From: Verrucomicrobiota bacterium
GTDB taxonomy: Bacteria > Verrucomicrobiota > Verrucomicrobiia > Opitutales > Cerasicoccaceae
DNA: 64,000 nt
Assembly: GCA_039818205.1 (NCBI GenBank)
Contig: JBCBUK010000006.1
Location: 208,215 to 272,214 of the forward strand
Direction of reading: 5' to 3'
Part shown: positions 1 to 11,262 of the stretch, piece after piece
Layout of the letters: each line of letters begins with the position of its first letter
Numbering within the stretch: the first letter of the stretch is position 1
Made by a program: the position numbers and the translations under genes
Notes under the pieces: model-generated
What the model was told of the DNA's origin: nothing
Database searches by the model: none
What the model saw: only the letters and a program-made list of their open reading frames with translations

Positions 1-1
1 T

Positions 2-1726
2 CGCGATCAGTTTGTCACCGTGCACGAGTCATTTGGCTCGACCGATTTGGCGGAAGAAGATCTCGATTTCATGGAGAACGTGCTTGAGGCTCGATATGGC
101 CGCGACGGTGGTTTGCTTTCTTGGCAAGCTCCCAACGTAAAAGCGGATCCAAACAATCCGGATATGCCGGATGTTGAGGAGGTGAAGCGCGTCGCAAAAG
201 AATATCGTGCGGAATATGACGGCCGTCGGATGACTCCTAGGCACATGCGCGAAGTAGTATTGTGCACGCATCCGGAGTTAATGCATGCGATGGCTGCGAA
301 TTCGCATGCTGAATGGGGCCCGCGGACTAATGAAGGGATCGCGGAGTACACTGCTCAGTTCATGAAACATGCGTTCGACGACAATGACCGCCCAAAGTAT
401 CTCGAGGTGTTTAACGAGCCATTTGTTAAAGCTAAGAAGATTGGAACGACGGTTGAGGCACTGTCGGAGCAGCACAACGTAGTGGCAAAGCGCGTTAAGG
501 AACTCAATCCCGACGTCATGGTCGGTGGTTATGCGGCGGCCTGGATCGAAGTCGAAGACCGCAATTTTGATCATTGGGACGGCTGGCAAAAGACTTTCAT
601 GGATATTGCCGGTGAGAATATGGATTTCTTTTCCTACCATATCTATGACGGGGTAAACGTGCAGGGGTCACCCCGTGTGCGAACTGGGAGCAATTCCGAG
701 GCAATTATGGATTTGATCGACTCCTATAGCCATATGAAGTTTGGCGTGGCGAAGCCGATCCTGATTACTGAATACGGCAAGATCCCGGAAGGTAACATGG
801 GTATGATGGCTTATGATCCTGCACGTTCCGCGGGCATGCTTTACTCAATCAATGGTCAACACATGACCTACATGGACCACCCGGATCGCATCTTGAAAGC
901 GATTCCGTTTGTCTTGGGCAAGGCGGAATGGACTTATGTGCTGAAGGGCGAAGGGAAGCCCGGTGAGGCCAACGTATTTTTGCTCTGGCGTCGCGATGAG
1001 GACGGCGAGTATGTGACCACGGACCTGACCTTGTTCTACGAATTCTGGAAAGGTATTGAAGGTGAATGGCGGATGAGTGAGAGCTCTAACCCAGATGTCC
1101 GAGTTCACTTGTTGGCCGATGATAATCAACTGGTGGTCGCCTTGGCCAACCTTGATCACGCGCCGAAGACGGTCAACCTTTCGGGCCTCGAGAATGTGAA
1201 GGCCAAGTCGGTTGAGTTGCGTCAGCTTACCACGCACACAGACCTTCCACTGGTCGCGAGCCGCTCGTTGGATCGTATTCCAAGCAGCGTTGAATTGGCC
1301 GATGGTATGGGCGCTATTTTGGTGATCGATCTAGAAGAGCCGATCAATGCGAAGAGCATGGTTAAAGAGCATCGGATTTACGCAACCGACTACCTGCAGG
1401 ACATTGTCGCGGATCAGCCCATTGAATTTCGTTTCGTCGATACGCCAACGGGTGCGGGTTCTGCAATTCTCCGAATGTCGCCTGGTCGCGAGTTGGGTAA
1501 GGCCGTGTTGCCAACCTCGGTCACGTTGAATGGGCAAGCGCTGGAGCTGCCGAGCAACTGGGCTGGCGATGACCAAGCGGGCCGGAAAAATTTCTTTGGG
1601 ATGATCGAGATTCCGGTTTCCATGGATCTTTTGAACGCTGAGAACGTCGTTGAGATTATCTACCCGGACACCGGAGGCAAGGTCGCCAGTGTTGTTCTTC
1701 AGGTCAACCGTGTCGAGTCGACCTAA
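2..1726 (+). CDS. GH86-like beta-porphyranase/beta-agarase, 5'-truncated by the window edge
   Basis: Frame is open from the window start. Clan GH-A motifs: [10 protein letters not shown] (acid/base), [17 protein letters not shown] (nucleophile); beta-sandwich-like C-terminus. Paralogous to 3173..5122. Confidence 0.75.
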   Translation, partial: RDQFVTVHESFGSTDLAEEDLDFMENVLEARYGRDGGLLSWQAPNVKADPNNPDMPDVEEVKRVAKEYRAEYDGRRMTPRHMREVVLCTHPELMHAMAANSHAEWGPRTNEGIAEYTAQFMKHAFDDNDRPKYLEVFNEPFVKAKKIGTTVEALSEQHNVVAKRVKELNPDVMVGGYAAAWIEVEDRNFDHWDGWQKTFMDIAGENMDFFSYHIYDGVNVQGSPRVRTGSNSEAIMDLIDSYSHMKFGVAKPILITEYGKIPEGNMGMMAYDPARSAGMLYSINGQHMTYMDHPDRILKAIPFVLGKAEWTYVLKGEGKPGEANVFLLWRRDEDGEYVTTDLTLFYEFWKGIEGEWRMSESSNPDVRVHLLADDNQLVVALANLDHAPKTVNLSGLENVKAKSVELRQLTTHTDLPLVASRSLDRIPSSVELADGMGAILVIDLEEPINAKSMVKEHRIYATDYLQDIVADQPIEFRFVDTPTGAGSAILRMSPGRELGKAVLPTSVTLNGQALELPSNWAGDDQAGRKNFFGMIEIPVSMDLLNAENVVEIIYPDTGGKVASVVLQVNRVEST

Positions 1727-1770
1727 GGGTCGGTTCGAGTCCACCAAGCATTCCCATTGATTCCCCAATC

Positions 1771-3150
1771 ATGAAACCATTTGCCCTCTTCCTTATCGCT
1801 CTGTCTTTGAGCGTCAGTGCGTTTGCGAAGCAGCCCAACGTTATTGTGATCATGGCCGATGATCTCGGCTACGGTGATCTTGGCTTTACCGGGTCGAAAG
1901 AGATATTGACGCCCAACTTGGATCGCTTGGCGAAAGAGGGGGTTGAATGCACTTACGGTTACGTAACGCATCCTTACTGTGGGCCGTCACGGGCAGCGTT
2001 CTTGACTGGTCGCTATCAGCAGCGATTCGGGTTTGAGGCCAACCCACCGTATGCGCGTTTGAACAAGTATTCGGGCATGCCTGAATCCGAGATCCTGATA
2101 TCGCAGCGCTTGAAGAAGGAAGGATACAAAACGGGCATCGTGGGTAAGTGGCATATTGGGGCCCATGCAATCCATCATCCGAACAATCGCGGGTTCGACT
2201 ACTTTTTCGGTTTTCTTGGGGGTGGACACGATTTCTACCGGGTTGATAGTCGGAACCCGGTTGGCGAAGGCTACCTCGAACCGATGATGGAGAACGGTAA
2301 GCCGGTGGATGTCGAAGGCTATCTGACGGACCAGCTGACTAACATCGCGATCAGTTTTATGGAACGCAACCAGAGCGAGCCTTTCTTTTTGTTCGTTTCC
2401 TATAATGCTCCGCACACGCCCTTACAGGCGCCTAAGGAAACGGTCGAAAAGTATGCTGGCCTGCCAAGCTGGGAGCGTCAGACTTATGCGGCGATGGTCG
2501 ACAATATGGATGAGAATATCGGCCGCATCGTTCAATCCACCGAGGATCTCGGCATCGCTAAGGATACACTGATTTTCTTCCTTAGTGACAATGGCGGACC
2601 GCGCCACTGGGATAAGTCTGAGCCGGCCTTCACCTCCAATGCGCCTTTTCGGGGGCATAAGGGAGCAACTTATGATGGCGGTGTCCATGTGCCCTTCATT
2701 GCCTATTGGCCTGGTACGCTGCCTGCCGGTACGCAGTTTGACAAGCCAGTTGTTTCGATTGATATATCCCGCACGGCAATTGACTTAGCGGGTGCTGATG
2801 CCGAAGGAATGGAAGGGGTCAATTTGGTTCCGTTTTTGAGTGGGGAGACAACGGAGTCTCCGCATGAAGCCATTTACTTCCGTCGGCGCAATAACGCGGC
2901 TTGGGGAGTGGTGACCGATGATCACTACAAGTGGTTGAAGAACGACTGGGATCAGCCCAACGAACTGTATAACCTGAAAGCTGATCCGGCCGAACAAAAT
3001 GACCTCATTGCATTGGAGCCCGAACGTGCGGCCACACTTGAAAAGAAGTGGAAAGCGTGGAACAAGGATAACATTCCATTCACGTTCTCGAGTTTCGAGC
3101 GCTACCACAAGCAGATGGATGATTTCTACAGAACCATGAAACCCGAATAA
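1771..3150 (+). CDS. Secreted formylglycine-dependent (S1) sulfatase
   Basis: Signal peptide, [27 protein letters not shown] (CxPxR), GKWHIG, SDNGG. Confidence 0.95.
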   Translation: MKPFALFLIALSLSVSAFAKQPNVIVIMADDLGYGDLGFTGSKEILTPNLDRLAKEGVECTYGYVTHPYCGPSRAAFLTGRYQQRFGFEANPPYARLNKYSGMPESEILISQRLKKEGYKTGIVGKWHIGAHAIHHPNNRGFDYFFGFLGGGHDFYRVDSRNPVGEGYLEPMMENGKPVDVEGYLTDQLTNIAISFMERNQSEPFFLFVSYNAPHTPLQAPKETVEKYAGLPSWERQTYAAMVDNMDENIGRIVQSTEDLGIAKDTLIFFLSDNGGPRHWDKSEPAFTSNAPFRGHKGATYDGGVHVPFIAYWPGTLPAGTQFDKPVVSIDISRTAIDLAGADAEGMEGVNLVPFLSGETTESPHEAIYFRRRNNAAWGVVTDDHYKWLKNDWDQPNELYNLKADPAEQNDLIALEPERAATLEKKWKAWNKDNIPFTFSSFERYHKQMDDFYRTMKPE

Positions 3151-3172
3151 GGAACTGTTCAACAGCAGCAAG

Positions 3173-5122
3173 ATGAAGTATCGATGGACAACCCTCACCG
3201 CGGCAACGCTCGTCAGCTTAAGCTGTCACGGCGAAGTCGAAGATAAGAAAACGACAACCCGTGCAGTCGATCTGAGTAAGCCTCACATCGTCATTGAGCC
3301 GGAAGTTACCCGAGCCGTCGGCGGAGTTTCCGAGGTTGATCGGGAGCGCTACTTCTCGGTGTGTGATCCGGGTACTGGGTTTGATAAGCGTATGTCTGGC
3401 GAAGGAGTTTACGACGAACTCGTCAATGAGCTTGGTGTTACCTTCGGCAGGCAGCTTGGTCCGGTTAAGTGGACGGCTTCTCAGTTGCCCGAGGATCCGG
3501 AGCGCCCCGGGTATGCTGATGTTTCAAGCTTGAAGGACAGGAAGCTGCCGAAACCTGGTGAGGCATTCTACGAAGCCTACAAGCCGAACCTCGATGTAGC
3601 GGCACACGGTAACCATAATGCTTATCCAGAGTATATGGGAAAGTATGAGCTGGAAGGGGCGAATTATCACGGTGACCCTGAGTGGATTCCGGAGAACATT
3701 GATGCCGCGGCAGAACTGGCAGCGGCCGTGTTTCAGTATAACTACACGGACTTCGATCGCCCAAAGTATTTCGAGCCGCTCAATGAGCCACATTGGATGT
3801 ATTTCTCTGACGAGCACATGGCAGCATGGCATCTGGCGGTAAAAGAAAAGATTCAGCAGACCATGCCTGAAGTTGAAGTCGGCGGTATGTGTCAATCGGT
3901 GTCGTATTTCTTCCGCGACAACTACCAGAACTTCAATGGTATGAAGAATTTCTACGACAACACGGAAGGGAAAATGGATTTCTACTCCTTCCACTCCTAC
4001 GACTACTTCAAGTGGGAGGATGACGACTTCCGGGGGCGTGTGCAGTCTGGTTCACCCTTGGAGGGCTCCTTGGATCTCCTGCAGAACTACATCGTGCTGG
4101 AAGGTGGCGATGAGGTCGATGTTGTGATTAGTGAGCACGGTGGTTACGTTAATGTTCAGCCCAAGGGAATGTACGATGGTGAGGCCTTGGCTGCTGAGAT
4201 CGCTGCAAAGCATTTTCCAGAAGAAACTTGGGAGAATGAGCTGAAGAAACGCTCGATTATCGGCTTTGCTCACGTCAGTTCGATTATCGCGAATACACTT
4301 ACGTTCATCGACCACCCACACACGGTTGTGAAGTCTGTTCCGTTTCTGTTGCCGAACACTTGGAACTGGGATGAAAAATACTATGCCGGTCTTTACGTTC
4401 CGGAAAACTACACGGACAAAACGAAGTGGGTCCCAACCACCATGCTCGACTTCTATAAGTTGTTTCGTGATGTGGATGGCCGCCGGGTAAAGGTGACTTC
4501 AAATGAACCAGACCTCCAAACAAGGGCCTTTGTTGATGGCTCGAAGTTGTTCTTGGTCGTGAACAACCAAAGCTGGCGCCCTGAATCAGTTGACCTCTAT
4601 GGTATCGAAGCGGATACGGTAAAAGTCCGCCGTTTTGGTCGCAACAAGGACTACACAGCCTACTATACTGAGGATGAAATTTCTACGCCGGAAACGCTCA
4701 AGGTTGCTGGTCGCGAATCGATGGTAGTTATCGCTGAGTATGACGAGCCAATCTTAGAGACCGCTGCCGTTAACGAGGTTGTTTGCTATGCCGATAAGAC
4801 TCGTCAGCCGCTGAAAGATGCAACGTTTAACATTACGGTGCCCGTTGATGAAGAGATTGATTACGCGGTGTTGCGAGTTGCCATGACTCGTCCAAGTGGA
4901 ATGAGCCACGAGCCGACGATTATCTTTAACGGCAAGGTGCTCGAGGTGCCCCTAGAGGATGCCGCTGATCGTTTTGACAAGGGTGAGTATGGCACTACGA
5001 AGTTTATTCAGTTGGATCCAGCTGATTTGCTCGCAGAAAACACCGTAACCGTTGGCTTTTCCGATAGCGGAGAAGGGGCGGTTGGAGCTGCAGTCATTCG
5101 TGCTGGTGTGAAGACTAAATAG
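3173..5122 (+). CDS. GH86-like beta-agarase/porphyranase, secreted (possible lipoprotein)
   Basis: N-terminal signal ending [22 protein letters not shown] and VVISEHGG mirror the motifs of the upstream paralog. Confidence 0.75.
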   Translation: MKYRWTTLTAATLVSLSCHGEVEDKKTTTRAVDLSKPHIVIEPEVTRAVGGVSEVDRERYFSVCDPGTGFDKRMSGEGVYDELVNELGVTFGRQLGPVKWTASQLPEDPERPGYADVSSLKDRKLPKPGEAFYEAYKPNLDVAAHGNHNAYPEYMGKYELEGANYHGDPEWIPENIDAAAELAAAVFQYNYTDFDRPKYFEPLNEPHWMYFSDEHMAAWHLAVKEKIQQTMPEVEVGGMCQSVSYFFRDNYQNFNGMKNFYDNTEGKMDFYSFHSYDYFKWEDDDFRGRVQSGSPLEGSLDLLQNYIVLEGGDEVDVVISEHGGYVNVQPKGMYDGEALAAEIAAKHFPEETWENELKKRSIIGFAHVSSIIANTLTFIDHPHTVVKSVPFLLPNTWNWDEKYYAGLYVPENYTDKTKWVPTTMLDFYKLFRDVDGRRVKVTSNEPDLQTRAFVDGSKLFLVVNNQSWRPESVDLYGIEADTVKVRRFGRNKDYTAYYTEDEISTPETLKVAGRESMVVIAEYDEPILETAAVNEVVCYADKTRQPLKDATFNITVPVDEEIDYAVLRVAMTRPSGMSHEPTIIFNGKVLEVPLEDAADRFDKGEYGTTKFIQLDPADLLAENTVTVGFSDSGEGAVGAAVIRAGVKTK

Positions 5123-5228
5123 CATTACGAGACCGATCAATAGTCATTGAATTTCAAGAGCATGCTGTCTCATTTTGAGCGGCATGCTTTTTCGTTGTGT
5201 GTCTGTAGTTCTCACATAGGATGATTGA

Positions 5229-5987
5229 GTGTCACCCGATTCGCATGCCATCATTTTGGTAACTCCCGTTTGGAACGATACGGATCGTTTACGGAGCTTT
5301 GCGCCGCACTTGGCTAAGGCGTTAAAAGCAGCAGAGCTCGACATCCATTGGATTGTGGCTGATGACGGCTCCGATGCTTCTGAGCGTGCACGATTGGTGG
5401 AGTTAGTGGAGGAGATCGAAACCTGGTATTCGCCCGTGGAATTGGTTACTGTTCGTGAGCGCAGTTTTAAGGGCGGGGCAATCTATCATGCTTGGGATCA
5501 GTTTCCTGAAGCTGAATGGGTTGGCTTCGTTGATGCCGACGGAGCAATCGACGGGGAAACCACTGTTCAACTGATTCGCGAGGCAATCACGATGGAGTCT
5601 AATGGGATTGTTATTGGCATTCGTGAGCATTCTTCCGAAACACCCGTAAATCGCAAAGGCGTGCGACAGTTGTCGTTTCACTTCTTTCGGATCCTGGTTC
5701 GTCTGCTCACGGGTCTCCAATGCAAGGATACCCAGTGCGGAATTAAGATTGTTGCGGGTCCGCTCTACCGCAAAGTGGCTTCCACGCTGCAAGAGCGTGG
5801 CTTTGTTTTCGATGTTGAGCTGCTTGCTTTATTGAAGGCGCATGGTGGCGAACTTCGAGAGTGTCCGATTCCCTGGCAGGAAGTCTCTGGAGGCCGAATT
5901 GTTCCTTGGAAGCACGCTTGGTCGATGATTGGCGGCCTTATCCGTATTCGCCGCCGGTTGAGAAATTCTCGTCTTGTGAGTGACTAA
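5229..5987 (+). CDS. GT2 glycosyltransferase (DPM1/ALG5-like polyprenol-phosphate glycosyltransferase)
   Basis: PVWN, DDGSD, KGGA, DADG, DTQCGIK and FDVELL motifs; GTG start. Confidence 0.9.
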   Translation: MSPDSHAIILVTPVWNDTDRLRSFAPHLAKALKAAELDIHWIVADDGSDASERARLVELVEEIETWYSPVELVTVRERSFKGGAIYHAWDQFPEAEWVGFVDADGAIDGETTVQLIREAITMESNGIVIGIREHSSETPVNRKGVRQLSFHFFRILVRLLTGLQCKDTQCGIKIVAGPLYRKVASTLQERGFVFDVELLALLKAHGGELRECPIPWQEVSGGRIVPWKHAWSMIGGLIRIRRRLRNSRLVSD

Positions 5988-6002
5988 AAGAAGCCGGATG
6001 GA

Positions 6003-8189
6003 CTATTGTCCAATAATACTGAGGTTGGCACTCATCATCCAACATTCCCGTGAGTCGTCGAGTTTAACGAGACTCCAATCTCCACGGGATTCAATGATTT
6101 CGACCTCGAGTCCCTCGTAGACTGGTTCGGCAAAGGCGTTTTGATAAGCATAGCTTGGCCCCTTCTTGGCAAAAAAGTCACCGTCGGTGACGACGCCTGA
6201 TGGCAGTGCAGTTGCCTGACGAAAAACAAACAGAAGGAGCGAGGCGGCCAGCAATAAAGAGGTGGTGATTAGGGTGCTCCGGCATCGCCAATCGGGATAG
6301 CGAACCTTGAGTAGGAGCACGGCCCAGAAAGCGAAGTTGAAAACAATGAGCAACAACTGAACCCAGTTCAGCGGAATCCGTTCCCACCAAGGCTTCGTTT
6401 GTGGAACTGTGTTTGCGACCAGCATGCGAGCAACTTGTAGGTTCTCATTGAGTCCATTGTCGAATGGTAGATATCGCTCAGCTTCACGATAGGCTGTGAT
6501 CGAACGCCCTAGGGACCCTGCTTCGAACCAGGCATTGCCAGCATTGTACCAGGCTTCACCTACATGGTCTCCTGCTTTGGCGGCAGCCTCAAACTTCAGA
6601 GCCGCTTCTATAAACAGGAACTCAGCTTTGCTTATATCGCCCGATGCCGCCAAGGCCTGCTGATGGAGCTCTTGGGCTGTGTCCCATTCCTCCGCTGGTA
6701 ACTCCGTTTGCCCTAAGAGGAATAGACTGAGGACAAACAGGCTTGAGCGGCCGACCAGGCGATTTATTCGCAAGGCAATACCGCTGAGTTTAGAGTAGTC
6801 GGTTGGACCCTCAAGCGGGCCGAATTGCTCGCCGTCGGCACGAGTGTGCATCTCCTCGATTGATGCAATGTCTTCCCGGTCTGCCCCAATAGCGCGGAGC
6901 GCCTTCTTGGAATCGCGAATCGTCCATGCACGCTTTCCCGCGCGGAAGGTCGCAGCCATATAGGCAAGAAAAGCCTCCCACTGCTCGGGTGAATCGCACG
7001 TGCTTTTCTTAAAGGCGTCATAGGCCGCTACTTGGTCCCGGTAGTGAGCGTCCATGGCGCGTCGCCGGCGTTCTTTAGCGATGGGAAGCAAGGCGACAAA
7101 AAGAACTGGACCTAGGAGCAAGATCGGCCAGAAACCGATCTGGATCCAACGAAAAAGGAGATTCATGAGGTCGTTCATTTTATTTCGATCGAGGTTGTGC
7201 CAGATGCCTTGTGATTGTGAGATCAATGGTGTGCCAAAGTCTTGAAACACTGTGAGTTGATCCGCAGTGTCGGATTCCTGGATGGTCATTGGAACACTCT
7301 GGGTTGTAACGATTTTAAAAGTCCCGCTAGCCGGATCGAATACCTGAAACTCAATTGGCGGAAACTGCTTTGATGTTGCAGCAAGCGGACGAAAGCTGGT
7401 TTGGAAAGTCGCACCGCTCTCGTTCCAAAGGCGATTGTATCCGCCGTTGATGAGGAAGCGACGACGCAGGGCTCGTTGGTTAGCGATCTTGGGTAACGAG
7501 AGCATGGCTGCGGGAACGGGAGTCGACACTTGAATATCGAGTTTCACGAGGCTGCCCACGGTAGTGTCCGTACTTCCTAGATCGACTTCGAAACTAACGG
7601 GATCAAACAAGCCACTAAAGCGTGCATCAGCTCCGGGTGGCAAGGGAAGAACCTCGATCGATAAGCTATCAGAACTGATCGAAACTAGGTCGTGTTTCTG
7701 ACTACGGTCGATGGCTTCGAAAAAACCGTTGTTAAAATAAGATGCGTAGCGTCCGAAGACACCCGCAGCCCGATGCAGACGGGCAAACTTTAATGCAACA
7801 TCACCAATCTCATAATTGCCTGGCCTCTCAAATTTCACGTAGATCGGTAGCGTGATCGTGCCAAGCGCCTCGTGATTATCGAGATCAAGTGTTCGGGTAG
7901 CAATGGCGCGACGACCACCGATTGGCAACCCGACTTGATCATTCTCTGGGGCGGTGTTTCGTGGAATGACCACTTGGACCTGGTCGTCGTAGAATATCGC
8001 TGGCTCAAGGCTAAGTGCGCGGATTGCGGTTGCTTTGATGTCGCTGCGCCAAACCAAATTGAGTCGAATGGGTTCGCCAACGTAAGCCGTCGTCTTCTCT
8101 GAAGAGACCGTAAACGACGTTCCCGCGTCGCTTGCGAGGCTTGAGCGGGCGATTGCCAATAATAAAAGTAGTAAAGTGAGGGCGCGCAT
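6003..8189 (-). CDS. BatD/BatE-like fusion (BatD Ig-like domains, TM, TPR, C-terminal SH3-like)
   Basis: Signal peptide, BatD-like N-terminus (AYVGEPIRL), TPR (WYNAGNAWF), SH3-like end (EGLEVEIIESRGDW). Last gene of the moxR-VWA operon. Confidence 0.75.
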   Translation of the reverse strand: MRALTLLLLLLAIARSSLASDAGTSFTVSSEKTTAYVGEPIRLNLVWRSDIKATAIRALSLEPAIFYDDQVQVVIPRNTAPENDQVGLPIGGRRAIATRTLDLDNHEALGTITLPIYVKFERPGNYEIGDVALKFARLHRAAGVFGRYASYFNNGFFEAIDRSQKHDLVSISSDSLSIEVLPLPPGADARFSGLFDPVSFEVDLGSTDTTVGSLVKLDIQVSTPVPAAMLSLPKIANQRALRRRFLINGGYNRLWNESGATFQTSFRPLAATSKQFPPIEFQVFDPASGTFKIVTTQSVPMTIQESDTADQLTVFQDFGTPLISQSQGIWHNLDRNKMNDLMNLLFRWIQIGFWPILLLGPVLFVALLPIAKERRRRAMDAHYRDQVAAYDAFKKSTCDSPEQWEAFLAYMAATFRAGKRAWTIRDSKKALRAIGADREDIASIEEMHTRADGEQFGPLEGPTDYSKLSGIALRINRLVGRSSLFVLSLFLLGQTELPAEEWDTAQELHQQALAASGDISKAEFLFIEAALKFEAAAKAGDHVGEAWYNAGNAWFEAGSLGRSITAYREAERYLPFDNGLNENLQVARMLVANTVPQTKPWWERIPLNWVQLLLIVFNFAFWAVLLLKVRYPDWRCRSTLITTSLLLAASLLLFVFRQATALPSGVVTDGDFFAKKGPSYAYQNAFAEPVYEGLEVEIIESRGDWSLVKLDDSRECWMMSANLSIIGQ

Positions 8190-10240
8190 CAGTAGTCTTT
8201 TTCCACGTTGGCAGCGCTGGCTCCGGCCCGTTTTTGTTGGCGAAACTGCTGGCTTCCTTGCTCCTCCAAGAGGATGTCTTCGGCTGAGTAGTTTGGGATT
8301 GGTAGTGTCTGCATCTCACTTTGCGCGGCAAAGTCTCCTGCGGACATGTCACTGGAGGTGGCACTCTGTTCAGCATCATCCATGTAGTCGTACTCATCGC
8401 TCATGGGATCACCTTCACCGTCGGAAGGCGCGTTGGAATCGCTCATGAACAGTTCGATGATCTCCGTGATGCGGGTGATTGCCTCGCTTTGCGCAGTCAA
8501 CGCAAGGCTCCATTCGGAAGTTTGCGGAAGTGATTTTTCAGAGTCGTTTTGCATCGAAACGACGAGCCCAATTAGGCTTACGGCTTGCCGAATGTTGATT
8601 AGGTATTCGGGAGGGACTCCCTCCTTAGAAAATAGTGTTTGATCAAGCGTTTCAAGCCGGCTACCGATTGCTTGGGCGCGGGCTTTGAGCGCTGACTGTT
8701 GCTGAGCCAATTCGTTTCCGAGTGCTTGCGTCGCATCTTGCTGCGTCTTCTCCGTTACCGTTTTCAATGCTTCTTGGTCGTCGCGAAGTGATTCCAGTTC
8801 ATTCAGGATCTCCTCAAGCTCCTCTTGAATGAGTGCTTCGGCAGCTTCGCGGTCACGAATAGCTTTCTGTATATGCTCAACGAGTTGAGCTATCGTATCG
8901 AGCCGTCGCCCTGCACGTTCGAAGCTTGGAGAATATCGTTTTGCACTGAGATAAGCCGATTGGGATTGTCGGGCTATTCGTAGTGCCTCCCAGGGGTTAG
9001 CAGACATTGCTTCCTCTGCTAATGCATTCAGACAGAGGCCCCGGTTGAACTGGACCACTGCTAGGTCTTCGGCATTGGCGTTTACCTGATTGGCGTCGGC
9101 TTCTAGGGTTGCAAACGACTCGGCCGCATCCCCGTAGTTCTTGGCTTCGTAGAGCTCTACGGCTAATTGAAATTCATTGGTGAATATATCGCTCGCAGCT
9201 TCTGTCCGTGGGCTGAAAAAGACAGCGATCGCAATCGCAACCATTGGAGTCGTTGGCACTTTACTTAGTTTCCATCGATGAGCAACTAGCAGAAATAGTA
9301 GGGCCGGGACCAAGAAGAACGCATTGGCTTCCTGGTAGGTCAGCGTTCCTTGGTCTTGTTCAAATAGCTTGCGTGGCTTGTCTTTGGTCTGGTCCAAATA
9401 GATGTTGCCGAGGTGAAACGGAGCTGTAGTTACTGGATAGTAAGTGACGCGGTTACTCTTCGATGCAAAGCTTGAAAGCGACGAATCCTCCAGTCGTGTG
9501 TAGATGAGGCCTTCCTCGTTTTTCATCAGGCGCTTCAGGCCTTTGTCATCAATGATCGGAATCGTGGCTCCCTGGTTTGGATTTCCGATACCGACGATGA
9601 GCGAATCGACTCCATGCTCATCGAGGAGCTCTGTGATGCGGTCCATTTGTGAGCTATGATCTCCGCCATCAGTGATCACGACGAGATCCTGCAGGCCTTC
9701 GCGGTTATCCATGAACACCTGATCGACCGCCTTCTCAACAGCGGACTGAAGTGCCGTCCCTCCAAAGTCCACGGCCCGTGGATGGATTTGGTCGAGCATA
9801 TAGTTAACGAAGTCGTAGTCTTCAGTCAGTGGACAAAATATCGTCGCACTCCCGGCAAAAGCAATAAGACCAACTCGTTCGCCATTGAGTGAGGTTAGCG
9901 CATCGCGAATACCCTGTTTGGCGACCTCGAGGCGATTCGGTTGGGCGTCCTCAGCAAGCATGCTTTGCGACACATCAAGCGCGAAGACAACATCACGCTC
10001 GGATCGGCTGAAGGACTCCCGTATCGGATCGTAGCCGGGCCGAGCGATAGCCAGAACCAACAGTATCCAGCTAGTCAGAAACAACCCATTGCGAATCCGT
10101 CGGTTAGGGGAAAGACTACCACCCATGGCTTGGACTGTCTTCTCACGATTGCTCTGCGCATAGCGGAGCACCCAGACCAAAAGGCCTGAGGCAGGGAGCA
10201 GCAAAAGCATTGCTGGCCACTGAAACGTGAAATCGGTCAT
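8189..10240 (-). CDS. BatB/BatC-like VWA-domain protein with TPR and coiled-coil C-terminus
   Basis: MIDAS motif DVSQSM, PNRLEVAK, PLTEDY, ITDGGD; TPR-like QFNRGLC; ends in EKDY. Confidence 0.85.
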   Translation of the reverse strand: MTDFTFQWPAMLLLLPASGLLVWVLRYAQSNREKTVQAMGGSLSPNRRIRNGLFLTSWILLVLAIARPGYDPIRESFSRSERDVVFALDVSQSMLAEDAQPNRLEVAKQGIRDALTSLNGERVGLIAFAGSATIFCPLTEDYDFVNYMLDQIHPRAVDFGGTALQSAVEKAVDQVFMDNREGLQDLVVITDGGDHSSQMDRITELLDEHGVDSLIVGIGNPNQGATIPIIDDKGLKRLMKNEEGLIYTRLEDSSLSSFASKSNRVTYYPVTTAPFHLGNIYLDQTKDKPRKLFEQDQGTLTYQEANAFFLVPALLFLLVAHRWKLSKVPTTPMVAIAIAVFFSPRTEAASDIFTNEFQLAVELYEAKNYGDAAESFATLEADANQVNANAEDLAVVQFNRGLCLNALAEEAMSANPWEALRIARQSQSAYLSAKRYSPSFERAGRRLDTIAQLVEHIQKAIRDREAAEALIQEELEEILNELESLRDDQEALKTVTEKTQQDATQALGNELAQQQSALKARAQAIGSRLETLDQTLFSKEGVPPEYLINIRQAVSLIGLVVSMQNDSEKSLPQTSEWSLALTAQSEAITRITEIIELFMSDSNAPSDGEGDPMSDEYDYMDDAEQSATSSDMSAGDFAAQSEMQTLPIPNYSAEDILLEEQGSQQFRQQKRAGASAANVEKDY

Positions 10241-11262
10241 GGGATCGTGCGAAGCCAGGTTGATTCAAGTATCAACGCGAGGGTGAGAGCGAATAGTGCA
10301 ATGGTCGTTGGGATCCAGGCCAACTGAACAACTCGTTGAGAGCTTCGGGTTGCGATATCCGTTTGTTCCAGCTCGTTGATCTCGCGATAGACGGAACGCA
10401 AAGACTCGACGTCGTGCGCTTGGCGGAAGATACCACCGGTTTCGTTGCTGATGTGCTCTAAGACCTGTTCAGCAGAATTGAGCTGATTGTCGGATTCCTT
10501 TGCAATATCGATCGGAGGATCTCCCAGGCTGATCGCATAGACTCGGCAATCCCAGGCTTTGGCGAGGCCAGCAGCTTCGGTCGGTAGATGATTACCGGAA
10601 TTGTTTTCACCGTCGGTGAGTAAGATGATAACCCGGCTCTTGATGTTCTTTAGGTCTTCTTGCCGAGCGTTTTGCTGGAGCTCTTCGAGGTTCTTTAGGC
10701 GGGCAGCAGCCAAGGCGAGTGCATCACCGTAGGCGGTGCCATCTTCGTTTGGGCGTTCCTGGATGTCGACGCCTCGGATGATCTGGAGCAAGGCGTCGTG
10801 GCCGAAGGTGAGTGGGCTCCGGGTGTCGGCGTAGCGCGCAAAGGTGATCAAGCCGATCAGGTCGTCGGGGCGCCCCATGAGCGTGTCGTCATCGCCCGCG
10901 ACAAACTGCTCAACGATGGTTTTGGCAACGTCCATCCGAGTGCGCTTCTTGCCGCTAGAATCACCAGTAATAGTCATCCCCATACTGCTGGAGACATCGA
11001 CCAATAGCTGGATTGCAATCCCTCGTTTGATGTCTTGCGAGTAATAGGACATTCCTTGGGGCTTCGCGATCGCGACGACTACACCGCATATCGCTAAGCC
11101 CTTTAACGCAAATGGCAACCAGCTGAACTTGATTCGCAATGAACTGCCGCCATTCCAAAGGCGTTTGGAGGGTACGTTGATAGAAGCATACTTTCGCTTC
11201 CAAAAGGCAATGAGCAGTGAGGGCGGTATTAGCAACAACAGCCAAGGATAGGCGAAGCTCAT
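10237..11262 (-). CDS. BatA-like VWA-domain membrane protein
   Basis: N-terminal MSFAYPWLLLL, MIDAS motif DVSSSM, GTAYGDA, LLTDGENN. Confidence 0.9.
   Translation of the reverse strand: MSFAYPWLLLLIPPSLLIAFWKRKYASINVPSKRLWNGGSSLRIKFSWLPFALKGLAICGVVVAIAKPQGMSYYSQDIKRGIAIQLLVDVSSSMGMTITGDSSGKKRTRMDVAKTIVEQFVAGDDDTLMGRPDDLIGLITFARYADTRSPLTFGHDALLQIIRGVDIQERPNEDGTAYGDALALAAARLKNLEELQQNARQEDLKNIKSRVIILLTDGENNSGNHLPTEAAGLAKAWDCRVYAISLGDPPIDIAKESDNQLNSAEQVLEHISNETGGIFRQAHDVESLRSVYREINELEQTDIATRSSQRVVQLAWIPTTIALFALTLALILESTWLRTIP

Noticed and set aside
1727..1746. tRNA-like 3' fragment GGTTCGAGTCCACCA after the first GH86 gene
   Set aside because: The T-stem does not pair properly, no cloverleaf can be built and no integrase is nearby; probably chance.
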